A stretch of 64,000 bases of DNA. It comes from Lama glama (lineage: Eukaryota). Under the pieces are notes generated by a model. It saw nothing but the letters and a program-made list of their open reading frames with translations, was not told where the DNA came from and made no database searches. Shown piece by piece: positions 34,588-46,500 of this stretch. The position numbers and the translations under genes are program-made. The stretch lies in contig CM052841.1 in NCBI GenBank assembly GCA_028534125.1, positions 61,380,001 to 61,444,000 on the forward strand. Direction: 5' to 3'. Within the stretch, counting starts at the first letter, position 1. The number at the start of each line of letters is the position of its first letter.

Positions 34588-37500
34588 TATTTTCCTTAAA
34601 GATTCCAACCCCCCTCCTCAGTTTTTTTGCAAGTTTGGCAGTTCTTAATGGGCAGTAATGAGTTTGTTTACTTTTTCTCTCAATATTTATTCAAGTAATT
34701 GCATCTCAAGAGAAATAACCCCCCAGCATTCCAGCCATCTTAGATCTGGAGAAGAACTCAAACCCAATCAAAGAGATGTTCCTCAGTTTCTTCCTATGAC
34801 CAACAAAGAAAAGCAAATCCAACTGTTTTCCTTGGCTTCAAAATGAAAATAAAAACGATTCTTGAAATTGCTTTTCCACATTGTATTATGAGGAGTTTCC
34901 ATTATGCACGGGATTCCCCCCCAGCCAGTGGGGCTGGTGTGACCGACCCACGTGATGGACTCTGCATACTGGGAGGCCGCCTCCCCAGGGCTTGGGTCCC
35001 TCACAGCCTCTGCTGGGCAGCTCTGACTGTCCCTGATTGGTCTGGTGTGGTGGAGCCATGCACCGTGTGTCCTCATTCCTCTCAGCACCACAGCACTGCA
35101 GCCAGGTGAGGGGCCACTGGGTGGGAAGAATCATTTTCATAAGACAGAGTTGTGTGTCCTGCCCTGTGGCAGAAGCTGCTTTCCTGGGGTCATCTTGTGA
35201 GCTCTTACTCAAAGGTTAGGGGTAAGAAAATTTCAGTTACTAAAAATAATAACTACAGCCAATTATCACTACAACCCATGCACTTTATTATATACATTAT
35301 CTCACTTCATTCTCAAGCCATTATTTCAGGGTTGTCATGGATGGTGGCCCAAGTTGTGCACTGGGCAACTCTGGGGAAGCACAACTCACATTGATAGTCT
35401 TTGTAGTTTTGTATGAATTTAATTATAGCAGTTTTCTAATTCCCACAGAGATGCTTTTAAGGCTAACAGCAGAGCTAACAATTATCTTCATTGCAGGTGA
35501 GGAAACTATTGAGATTCAAAGTCCATGAATCATTTTGCCCAAAGTCACCAACTTAACTAAGTAGCAGAGTCAGTAACAGAACCCCAAAATATACACCATG
35601 CTGAACATATACAAACAAAAGTTCTGAAGTGACAAGAAACTCAAAAGAGATTATTCTCTGACACCCTCCCTCCAAGGCAGAGGGGAAACAGGAGAGCTCT
35701 TGGGACCCCCAGGACCGCTGACTCTGAATTAAATCCAGCCCTCAGGATGGTGATTCATCACTAAGCCATGTTGTAGTCCTGTCTGAGGGTTCACAAAACC
35801 CATCCCTTCTTCCCCAGCCAGCTCTGCTCCATCATTCTGTGATTATAGATGAAAGCCAGGTATGAGTCCAAGCCAGAGGCACTGCAGGAGGCCTGAGAAG
35901 TAGGCCTCTGCCAAGGCAGTAAGGGAATCTGGAACTGCCACCTGGCCCCGAGCATGCCCAGCTGGCCCCTGACAGGAAGCTAGGGATTTGAACTATGCTT
36001 GAGTGAATTCGATGGACCTGAGCACAAATCAGGATGTTAAACCAACATCAGGACAGAGAAGAAACAACCAAAGCCTCAGAGTTGACAATTTTTCCTTCTA
36101 AAGCTGGTTGAGATGAATGATGTGCCAGTCTCATAGTACCAAATCATTTGGTAATCCAGGATGAGGGAGGGATCCAGATAGAGGAAAATTCCAGAAGGAA
36201 AGGCCCTAGATCTAGGGCCCAGCTGAACACATGACCGATAGTATAGCTAATAACAGCTGTCACTTGTTTGTTGTAAACTTAGTGTGTGCCCCACCATACT
36301 GTGTCTCACTGGCGCTTGCGACTCTGTGAATAGGAGACCATGTGTGCTGGTTGGCCCCAGTTGAGGCCTGGTGTCTTACTAATTATTAATAGCACTTTCT
36401 CTTATTCTCAAAAGTGTCCTGATTGGGTAACAAACTATATGATTCCCTTACCTGGGAGAGAGGTATTATCTTCATTTGCAGTGGAGGAAACCCAGGTCCA
36501 GAAAGGTTAGTCACTGCTAAGAGCCCTTGGAGTAAATAGCGGGATGGGATTCCGTTATCAACTGCAGGGTCCATGCCTTCACTGCTATCAGGATTGTCTC
36601 CCCAACCAGTATGAATAAAAGGTGCCTGTCTGTCTGCTTGGCCAGGATGCGGATTACTTCTTAGTCACTCTTGACTGAAAAAGTAGAAAAGGCTTTCAGG
36701 TCAGCACAAGGGTGAGTCTTGTTGGATGTTAGAAACAGCTTCGTGATCATCCAAGTGGTGAGACCCCAAAATGGGCATCTAGGATGAGCAGTGGTGTCCT
36801 CACCTTAGAAAACCTGGAGAAGGAACTGTGTACCACTTGTCCTGTGTGATTCACCACCAGCCTGGAGGCCAGGGAGGGAATAGCCGCATCTCCAACTGCC
36901 ATCCCCTCCCGGCCTAGGATCCTGTGACTCACCCCCACCAGAAGGCAGTGTGGGCACCCAGGGAGTCTGGGGCTGATTCCCAGACTCTGCCAGTTCAGCT
37001 CTCATTAGACCTTCAAATGAGCCATTTGTCCATCCATCTAGCCTTCCATCCATTTAGCCTTCCCAGCCAGCCAGCCATTGTGTGTTGCTCCAGCCTGGGT
37101 CTAGCCCTGTCATGAGTGATGGGAACACAGGCATGAGCCAGAGGCAGGTAGGGTAGGACCAGACAGATGTGCCTAGAAGAGTGACTGGAGAGTTGACTCT
37201 GCCTGATGCCCGGGCCCCTGTGCTCCTGCCACTGGTGCATTGTTGGCTCCAGGGCAGGGCTGAGTTCATGGTGGAGGCGGTTGTGGTCATACTGTGAGAT
37301 CACAGGGCAAGAGGGGATGTGGTTAGGCAGTGGGGAGCTGGTTGCCTTTGCCAGGAGGACAAGGATTCTGCTATCTCTTTTTCACAGTGCATTATTTGGG
37401 AACCATTTTGAGATTCCCCCAAAGCCTATGCACTGAGCCCTTTGTGCCAGGAGCCTCGGCCAGCACAGCAGAGGCGGGAGAGTCTGCAGAAGCCATTTCA

Positions 37501-37739
37501 GAGCCCGGCTCCTGAGTTGGCTGCTGCATTTCCGGCAGTGCCTGGAGTGCTCTGGAGCCCTGGAACTGGAGGAGCCTCAGGCAAGACAGAGAAGCCAGGG
37601 ATGGGGTGGACAGTGCTGCCCCAGGGCGGCTTCCTGGGAAATCCAGACCTTGCCTGGATCTGCTCTTCTGGGCCAGGCTGAGTGGTTGGCACCAAGGCCA
37701 CCTCGGCCTGTTGGCAGGGCTCATTCCTTGAGCGCTTGG

Positions 37740-37910
37740 CCAAGCACTTTGGGCCTACCTCACTGATCCCAGCAACTCTGTAAGGCAGGGGCTACAGTTA
37801 TCCCCATTTCACAGATGAGGAATCCGAGATAAGGGATGAAGTCTTGCCCAGGCCACAGAGCTCCCAAGTGTGGAACTGGGCTTGGAACCAGGTGTGTTGA
37901 CTCCAGAGCC
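37740..37910 (-). mobile_element. MIR SINE
   Basis: tatccccatttcacagatgaggaatccgag...cttgcccaggccacagagct. Confidence 0.65.
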
Positions 37911-40129
37911 AGCTCTCTTCCTGACACCGTACCCAGCCCCCTGCCCTCCGCATCATGTGCAGCTCCACACTGAACTCGTATCTGGTCATGTCATTGTCCT
38001 GCTTGAAAACAGAGCCCATGTTGTCATGCCTCCCAGCCTCTGCACGTGCTGTTCTTTCTGCCTCAGCACCTTCCCTGGGTCCTGCCTGATGCCTGCCTGC
38101 CTTCCTTGCTGAGTTGACCTCATCAGTCTGCTTCTCTGAGAAGCCAGCGGTTCTCAGTGAGGACCCCTCCCTCCTCCAGCACCCAGGAGCAGCCGTGGCT
38201 GCTTCCATCACAGCACCCGAGACACGCAGGAGACACACAGCTCGTACTCATCTGGTTCTCTCCCCCCGGACTGCGAGCTTCTTCAAAGCGGGCTCAGGGC
38301 GGTTTCCCCTCTGAATAGCCAATAGCCAGGATGGCACCTGGGTGACTAAATAGGAATTCAAGGATTTAATTGAGCATTTCCCCTATGTCAGCCACTGTGC
38401 TGGGGGCTGGAGATGGAGCAGGAGCAAGGTGGGTCCCTGCCCTCAAGGGGCCACAGGTATTGGTGAGACAGAGACCAGGTATCAGGGCCCTGATGGGGCG
38501 GCTCAGGGGGCTGGGGGCACCTAATCCAGCCGGGCGGAGCAGTGTGGCGCCTGAGGTTAAGAGGCATTTTGTCTGGCTTTGAGATGCCCTTCCTTCCTTT
38601 TATTCGTTCCACTCTTCTCTGCCTGTCCCTGAGTGGGTCCTGGAGGTCCAGCAGTGACTGAGAGATAGGAGCTTTCGCTCGTGGAGGTTGGAGGGGGACC
38701 ATCTTGGGCGGGACTTGGTCATTCCTGGAGCTGGGTGAGTCCTCAGGCATCTCTCAGAGATAAGAACCATTTAGGGCTTTTCTGAGGTGGTCTTGGGTGT
38801 GCCTTTCTGGAGGACTCGACAGCAGGGGGAGGCTGGGGCTCTGGGGCTGCTGGCCCCACGGCAGGCTGGTTTCACCAGAGAATTGACCTAACACAATAGC
38901 TTGATTGTAAGAGGCCTCGCTCCCCCACCACTCCAGCATGTTAACATTTCTGTGATCAGAATGTGTCTTCCAGCTGATGTGTACGTGTAACAGGACATTG
39001 TAGCATTTTAACCCCCCTCCCAAAGCTGTTATTAGGTCAGTCAATGGCTCAGAGTCCATGTGAGGGAATGTGGTTTTGTCATAGGAACTACCCTCAGAAT
39101 GAGGTTCTGGTGTGACCTATCTATCACCACAAACTCCTAGCTGCCAGTGGCTGAATAACTCTTCTATTTGGGGTGTTTTATATAAATTCACAGAAAAGAA
39201 ATGCTATTCAATGAATTGATTCATTCTTGAGATTCCCACAGTATGTTTGTCGAGGATGGCAGTGGACTCAGAATGAGCCCAGATTTGGGTTTGCATCCTT
39301 GCTTTTTGGCCCACTGGTGGAGAGACCTTGGCAGAGGTGCTGCACTCTCTGACCCTCAGTTTCCTCCTCTGTAAAATGGGGACAGCAGCACGCATCTCTC
39401 AGGACCCTCGTAGTGCCACATGCCTCCTCCTCACACGTCTCCCACGTTTTGCGTTTGTGTGATTATTCGATTCACCTTCTGCCTCCTCCCACCGGGCTGT
39501 GGGTGCTGTGAAGCAGAGCCCCTCCCCCATCTGACTACTGTTGGTTGAGACCGTTTCAGATGAAGTGGGCTATGACGCAGGGAGGCCAGAAGCTGAATGT
39601 ACTTGCCTTGGGCGGGGCAGCTGCCTGTTCTGTTTGTTCTACTATAGCTGCCAGTCATGGTTCCCCGATGTCTACTCAGGAATTGCTCAAGTGTGGCTGG
39701 TGTAGGTCATGAAGACCTGTGATCCAGTTCTGCAACCCTTGGAGTCTCCAAGTAGGGGTGCCGGACACTCACGAATGGTATCCCAGGCACACAGAGGAAT
39801 GTTTGCCCGAGGCTCTGCCCCACTGAGCTGGTGCCAGAGCTGCGTGGCGCTGCCATGGGGGACAGCCACACAGAGGACCAGGTGCATGGGTCTCTGAGAT
39901 AAGACAGCCTGGCTTGGAATCCGGTTCCACCCCTTATTGACTGCAGTACCACAGGCATGCTGAAGCTCCTCTTAAGAGGGGTGGCAATGAGGCCTGTTCT
40001 GTCTCAGAGGTAGGCTTCTATGACAAGCAAATGATGCATGGAGTTGGATGAGCACATGGTCTTCAGAAGGGGTGGTGTAGCATCTCTAAGATGGCAACCA
40101 AAAAAGACTCGGCTGCAAGACGCCTTGAA

Positions 40130-40355
40130 TAGGGCAGTGGAGTGAGGTAGGAAAAGGCATGGACTTCGGAGCCATACTGACAGGGTTCAAGTCCACAGAA
40201 TCACCAACTGTATGACCTTGCGCTGGTTGCTTAACTTCTCTGAGCCTTAGTTTTCTCACCTGTAAGATGTGATGCTAAAACTAGAACTTAACCTCCTAAG
40301 GTTGTAGTGACAATGAAATGAGAGAATGCACGTGCCCAGTGGTGCTCAGTAAATC
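40130..40355 (+). mobile_element. MIR SINE
   Basis: ggacttcggagcca...gggttcaagtcc...tatgaccttg...cttaacttctctgagccttagttttctcacctgtaagatg. Confidence 0.75.
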
Positions 40356-41344
40356 ATTGTGGGGTTGAGCAGTGGATGAAGAAATGGCTTAATTGCTCTG
40401 CGCATGGGTTTGCAGCAATATTGTGCAGTCCCCTCCTGGGCCATGTGCATCACACAGTTTTGTCTGCCTTTACTGAGCAACAATCTAATTTTTGTTAGCC
40501 ACGCCTGTGAGATCAGTCAGAGTCTCTGCCCACAGAGCATAGTGAGCCACCCTGGTTCCAGCTGGAGCTGGGAAACCTGCAGCTTCTACAGCCCCAGAGG
40601 TCTCGTGCTAGAGAAGCATATATTTAATGTCAGCTTTCCCAAATGCTTCCAAGAGTGCAAGGACCACTCAGACCTCTGTGGCCGCAGGAAATAAGTTACT
40701 GTCCTGGGCTAAGATGCACCAGTGTTGGCTGTTGTAAGACCCACTTGACTCGGCCATCCTGTGTCCAGATTTGGTGATGGGGTGTTGTTTAGGGGCGAGG
40801 TCCCTGCCTCACCCTCTGCAACCCCAGGACAGGGCTGGTATTGGTCTTCCTGCTTTGTGGAGTTCTGCAGCGCTGTGGTAGTTCAGTTTCCTCACCTACT
40901 GGTTCTGGCGAGGAGACCAGCGGGCAGAGGAGTGGTGCCTGTGTGGGTGGTAGGATGCTCTTGCTGTAAGGTTGGTATCAGATGCACCCAACGCCCTTTT
41001 GTCAGTGCCTCTGTACTCTCCCTTAGTGTGGACTTCTAGGACCTGATTTGCTGTGGTTGCCCTGCACATAAAGCACCCCCAGGCTCCTGGGAGGACCCCC
41101 AGTATGGGTGGCAGTAGTGGCCACAGCACTGGCTCAGCCTTGTGGGATTTTCTGACAACCTCTGCAGGATGTATGCAGGACAGAGAGAGACCCTGGGTCT
41201 CTGCTCTTCCCTTTCTGTGATTCTGATTGTTATGGCTCATAATACTCAGTGACTAATGTTTTCTGAGGGTTTGCCATGCACTAGGCACTCTGCTAAGGCC
41301 TTCCTGGGCATGGTCCCATGTGCTCCTCCTTGAAAGCCATGGAG

Positions 41345-41640
41345 TTCAGAGTGTTGGGTTCAAGTGCTGGTGCTGGCACTCACTAACCTGGTGGTCTCGG
41401 GCACAACACTTAACCACTGTGCCTCAGTTTCCTAGCCTGTGAAAGAGTGATGACTTACAGTATCTGTATTACAGGGTGGTTGTGAGGACTTTAGCCAAGT
41501 TCCTGGCTCAGAGTAAGTGCAGTTACTAATTATTATCCCATTTTGCAGATCAGGAAACTGAGGCTTAGAGAAGCTAAATGTCCTGCCAGTGTCACTTTGT
41601 TCATAAGTAGAAGAGCTACGATTTGAACCAAGCTCTTGAG
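41345..41640. mobile_element. Two adjacent MIR fragments in opposite orientation
   Basis: Sense copy gggttcaagtgctgg...gtgcctcagtttcct (about 41350-41520), then antisense copy cccattttgcagatcaggaaactgaggcttagagaag (about 41535-41640). Confidence 0.65.
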
Positions 41641-42727
41641 CACCACCTTACTGTGCCTCAATTTGGAAAAATACATGTGGGGAGCATTTGGCCAGCTTCG
41701 GAAGTGGCATTCTCAACTTTCCTCAGAGCCCCAGTGAAAGGAGATCCTTCTCTAAGTAACCGAACTGGCCTCTGGGAGCTCTCATAATCCCACAGCAGTG
41801 GCAATAGCTGACCCGTGACACACATATCACAGGAGGAGAAGGGAGGGATCACTGAAGAATTTCTGTTTGGAAATGTTATCTAACATGCGCTTTCAAGGGA
41901 CTGGGAATGTGGAGCCTGCGCTGTCGCCCTTGCCGGGTGCCTGGTCCCAGGAAGCCTCAGCCTCCCCTACTTCCCGCCCAGGCCACTTACAGCCTGATGG
42001 AGACCTGGGGTCCTGTCCAGTGCTAGGGGGACCACACGTCCTCGGACACACCGGGAAACCAGGGCAGCACTTTGCGCCGAGTCACAGCGGCAGGAAGCTC
42101 TGCCTGATGTGTCCCTCCTGGCTCTGGACCCCGGGCTCCGCTCCTCCCCAGCTGAGGGTGTGAGCGAGGCTGCTCAACTCCGGGGAACTTTCTGAACAAG
42201 GGCTCCCGGTTCCCGGCTCCCAGGGCAGCGTTTGCTTTTGCTTTTGCCTCGGCATACTCTCCAGCCAGGGTAGGTAGGAACCCAAAACTTCAAAACAACT
42301 TCCCAAGTCCTCAGGCTACCCTTGCCATCAGCAACTCCGGTCCGCTGGCCCCTCAAGCACACCCCTCCACACAAGCTCCCGCTCCCGCACACACCCCAGC
42401 TGCTGAGCCATGCCCCGGAGCCGCCTGCCCTCACCCCAGAGGCTCTTTGTCTGAAGGAGAGTGGGGCTTACTGATGAAGTCCTTGAAACCCCAGCCCATG
42501 ACCTCATGCCCCTAGAATGCCACTCTCTGCCCAGGTGTCCACAGATCCCACCCCAGCAGATGCCTTGTTGGGCTCCAAGTGAGAGCAGGAGTGCCCCGCT
42601 CTGGGGTCCAGCTGCGTGCTTCCCCCGCCCGCTCCAGCTGGAGGGGTCAGGGTTCTTGAACCCAGAGACCCGGGGCCAGCTGCTGCCTCTCACCCCATCC
42701 TGCGGTGCCACAGAGCTGGCCTCTTAC

Positions 42728-43056
42728 CTCTTCCCTCCTGCCTTGGTCCCAGGGCAGCTCCTCACATGCTTCACCTCGGCCGTCAGTGGGGCAGCCTGGC
42801 CATGGCCTCCTGGAGGGGTCCCCGAGTCACAGGCCGGACCGGCGGCCGAGCAGTCCTGCCTCACTGGCCTCTGCTCGCTCAGCTCTGCCTCTGCAGCAGG
42901 GCTCCGGCCGGGGATGGGGTGGGGGCTGGCCGGGGGTCCTGCCAGGCCGCTCACAACCTGCCTTCTCTCACGGGAGCCGGCAGCTGCCTCAGTGCCATGC
43001 TCTGCAGGTCCGGAATGCAGGCAGCATTGCTCAGGGCTCGGGGTCCATCCTCAGGC
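42728..43056 (-). other. ANGPTL2: ANGPTL2 non-coding exon 1 (visible part; 5' end probably lies in the N-gap)
   Basis: GC/CpG-rich segment ending in a strong donor GGGAAGAG|gtaaga at 42728/42727. The spliced junction ...ggagggaagag|gttttcatag... resembles the human ANGPTL2 5' UTR as I remember it. Confidence 0.85.
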
Positions 43057-43308
43057 NNNNNNNNNNNNNNNNNNNNNNNNNNNNNNNNNNNNNNNNNNNN
43101 NNNNNNNNNNNNNNNNNNNNNNNNNNNNNNNNNNNNNNNNNNNNNNNNNNNNNNNNNNNNNNNNNNNNNNNNNNNNNNNNNNNNNNNNNNNNNNNNNNNN
43201 NNNNNNNNNNNNNNNNNNNNNNNNNNNNNNNNNNNNNNNNNNNNNNNNNNNNNNNNNNNNNNNNNNNNNNNNNNNNNNNNNNNNNNNNNNNNNNNNNNNN
43301 NNNNNNNN
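43057..43308. other. N-gap of 252 nt, probably covering the ANGPTL2 TSS
   Basis: Run of N between exon 1 sequence and GC-rich upstream sequence. Confidence 1.
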
Positions 43309-43500
43309 GCGGCCTCGGCCAGCCCCCTCCTTCCTTGGCACGAGCAGCCTGGCCAGCTCTGCTCCCTGGCCCAACCTCTCCCAAAAGCCGGGGCAGCCCC
43401 TGGTGCGCTCTGCTAAAGCAGAGAACTTCCCCACTGACTCAGGTAATGGGTTTAAATCTGCTCCAGCTGTGCAGGCAGCGAGCGGGCATGTGGGCAGCAG
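43309..43500 (-). promoter_or_regulatory. Putative ANGPTL2 proximal promoter
   Basis: GC-rich sequence just upstream of exon 1 and the gap. Contains AP-1 TGACTCA at 43435-43441 and a near-kB motif at 43421-43432. The TSS itself is not visible. Confidence 0.55.
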
Positions 43501-44973
43501 GGAGCCGGGTCCTCCCCCTGGGTGGCTCCCTCACCCAGGCACTGCCCCACCGAGCCCCAGGTGGGCAGGAATGGCAGCCCACACAGATGGCCTCTCCCCA
43601 TCAGCTGCCCTTCTTAGAGGCTTCACTCTCACCTTTAAACCCTGAGGGAGGGAGCCCAAGGCTGTCTGCACAGAAGCCAGAAGGATCTGTGCTGTGAAAG
43701 TTAGGGAGAGACAGTGGCTTAGGACAGTGGAAATACCACAGGCTAGGGGTGAGGGCAGCCTTGGGGAACCACTCCATCACTTCCCACCTGAATGGCCTTG
43801 ACTGAGTCACTTCGTCTCTTAGACATCCCTCTCATGTATCAGTAAATGAACTAAGACGAGTAATCTACCTCCAAGGGCTGCAGTGAGGATTCAGTGAGGT
43901 CACACAGGGAAGGGCTTGGCACAGGGCATGGATGCCTTAGTGGACTGGACTCAGGACTCTGGTGTTGAGCGGGCCAGGGCTTGCTCTCCCAGAACTTCCG
44001 CTGTGGCCTCCCATCCGGCTCTTCGAGGAACACATACTGGGAGTCCATCAGCATCCTCAGCCCAGAGTCTGTCACCGAGTTAGAGCTTGTGAATGTTTGT
44101 AGAATCAGAGCAAGAGAGGAAACAGCACTGGACCCCAGAGTGAGCAGTGCTACAGACTGGTCATCACGGGAAGGCAGAGAACGGAGGGCCAGGCCGGCTG
44201 GGTGGGAGGAGGTGAGTACGGGGAAGGGAGCCGCTGGACGCAAGGTCGTCCCTCTGCCTGGACGACAGCCGTGTGCAATACTGGTGGTAACTCTTTCCTT
44301 TCAGAAAAAATTTTAGCGATGATTGTGGTAGTGGCGATGATGACTGAGTACAAATTGGGAGAGAAAGTTTAATGGGGTTCTCCACACCCCAGGCACAGCA
44401 TATCATGTTTCTAATTCTGGGGCAAACAGGCCCACCATGGTCCTCTAGCCCTCAGGGTCTCCACTCCTGTCTTTGCAGGGAGCAAATTTTCTTGCCTCAG
44501 CTTCTCCAGAGGGCCTGGAGGGTCCTGGTGGTGCTGTGGTGGAGCTGTGGAGGGGGGCATGGTGTGCTGGGGTCCCAAGATCAACAGAAGCACAGAGAAT
44601 GGGCCTGAATTCTTATCCCTGAGCCTTGCCCTTGACAGCCTGGATGCAGGCATGTTCCCTTCTTTCCCTTCCTCCCCCTCCTCCTCTCTCTCTGTCTCTC
44701 TTCTCCAGGATGTGTTTGTTGGGAACCTGCTCTGAGTCAGCACCAGGAAGCCAAAGTCCCTGTCCTCACAGAGCTCACAGGCAGGAGAGGAGACAGACGG
44801 ACAGACTAGGGTGCACACGAAGTGCTAGGCACGGAGAGTATCTAAGCAGGAGGCCTGGTTAAGCAGTCAGGACAGGCTCCCTGATGAAGTGTTGCTTCAG
44901 CTGAAGCCTGAAGGCTGGCACGAGTTAGCAGCTGGTGAGGCCGGAGGGAGGCTGGCCCGGGTAGAGAGGGTAG

Positions 44974-45272
44974 TGTGGAAAGTTCAAAGATGGCCCCAAC
45001 AATATCTCCCCATCCACAATGCCATGCACAGGCCTCGTGTACTGTAGGTCCCAGCTGGCAGGCAGTGTCACCCCCAGACATGTGAGGAAAGAGGCCCCTG
45101 GTCAATGAGTCATCCTTCCCGTGGAGACCCCAGACATCAGGGAGAAGAGAAACCATTCAGCTGTTCCGTATCTGCTTTCCTGACCCACAGCATCCACGAG
45201 GGTAAGAAAATGGTTATTTTAGGCCACAAAGTTTTGGTGGTAATTTGTAACACTGCAGTGGTAATGGGAGCA
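44974..45272 (+). mobile_element. MaLR LTR (MLT1 family), apparently inserted in an antisense L2 remnant
   Basis: Starts tgtggaaagttcaaagatggcccc and ends aagttttggtggtaatttgtaacactgcagtggtaa. Flanks at about 44860-44970 and 45275-45465 look like L2. Confidence 0.6.
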
Positions 45273-45689
45273 GACCCTGAGGCAGGGAGAATTGAAAGGA
45301 ATTCTGAGGAGCCTAGAGGACTGCGGTCTGGGGTGAGAAGGGGAGTGTGGCGGGTGATGAGGCCTTGTCAGAGGTGGGACTTTATCCCAAGGACAGTCAG
45401 GAACCACTGAAAGGTTCTGAGTAAGACAGGGTTCTGGCTTGCTTTTATTTTTAAAAGGCCACACTAGTGTGGGGTGCAGACTGGATTGATGGGTGCTGCC
45501 GTCGAGGCATCGGAGCTGCTGGGAGCTGGCGCCAGCCGTCCTGGTGAGAGAGGCAGTGGAGTGGTGGGGCTCACTGGGGCAGGAGGAACTCCCGGGACTT
45601 TCCCTCCCTTGGCAAACAGGTGCCGCCCAAGTCCCCTGAACACTAAAACAAACATGCTTCCATAATCAAAGTTCCTGGGATCCCACCAA

Positions 45690-46500
45690 GCGCTGTATTG
45701 TTTTGGTTTTAGAATTGCCACTTGGTTCATTTTTATGGGTCCCATTTTCTTCTGAGATTCTCTATCTACTCTTTCATTCTATCCTTCATTTCCTGAAAAC
45801 CCTTTGCATATTTATAACAGCCATTTTAACGTCCTTGTTTACTAATTCCAACATCTCGGTCATTAGTGGGTCTGATTTTATTGACTATTATTTCTCTTGC
45901 TCATGGGTCCCATCTTCTTGCTTCTTCACATGCCTATAATTTTTAAATTGTATACTGGACATTTTGGATGATACACTGAAAAAAACTCTGTATTTTACTG
46001 TCTTCCTCTAAGAACGTTGTGTTTTGTTCTGGCAGGCAGTTACATTACTGGCATATTCCCTTGATCTTGTGGAGGCTTGGTTTGTAGGTTTTGTTCAGAT
46101 ATGTTTATTTTGGTTTTGCCCTTAATCCTAGAGTATAACCATTATTCCTGGATTTACTTGTAAGGCATGGCCTTTCTGGGATTAAATTGAGAACCTTAAG
46201 TGCTTGCTAAGCCCCTTTAACTTGGCAGGACTTGAACTCCAAACTCCACCTTCCAGGTGGCTGCTGAACTTTCTGCCTCCCTACTGCTTTCTTTTGGGCT
46301 CCTGGGAGTCTTCTCTTTACATAGACACAATTTAGGGTTAACTAATGATTTAAGGGGAATTTGTGTAGTAATTTTGGAGCTCCTCTTTCTGTGGCTCTCT
46401 CCTTTCTAGCATTTCCCCCTTCCGTTTCCATCCTCAAGGTCCAACTGCTTTCTCTTCTTCCCGGCCAGTAATGCTGCTGCCTTCTGTTTTATCATCCTGT
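45690..46500 (-). mobile_element. Old L1M/HAL1-like fragment
   Basis: T-rich tract with catatttataacagccattttaacgtccttgtttactaattccaacatct...ttcttgcttcttcacatgcct...tggacatttt. Confidence 0.55.

Larger units (their letters stand above)
9555..43308 (-). other. ANGPTL2: ANGPTL2 gene span (5 exons, exon 1 non-coding); both ends approximate
   Basis: Four coding exons join in frame through GT-AG introns (30036-42727, 15784-29169, 13859-15589, 11320-13587) to a 493-aa protein with signal peptide, coiled coil and fibrinogen-like domain. The 3' end is placed from the distal AATAAA; the 5' end is presumed to be in the gap 43057-43308. Confidence 0.95.

Noticed and set aside
42461-43697. Long plus-strand ORFs (394, 330 and 266 aa) over exon 1 and the promoter
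   Set aside because: Their length is inflated by 252 N and GC-rich, stop-poor sequence. The translations are low-complexity with no recognisable domain.
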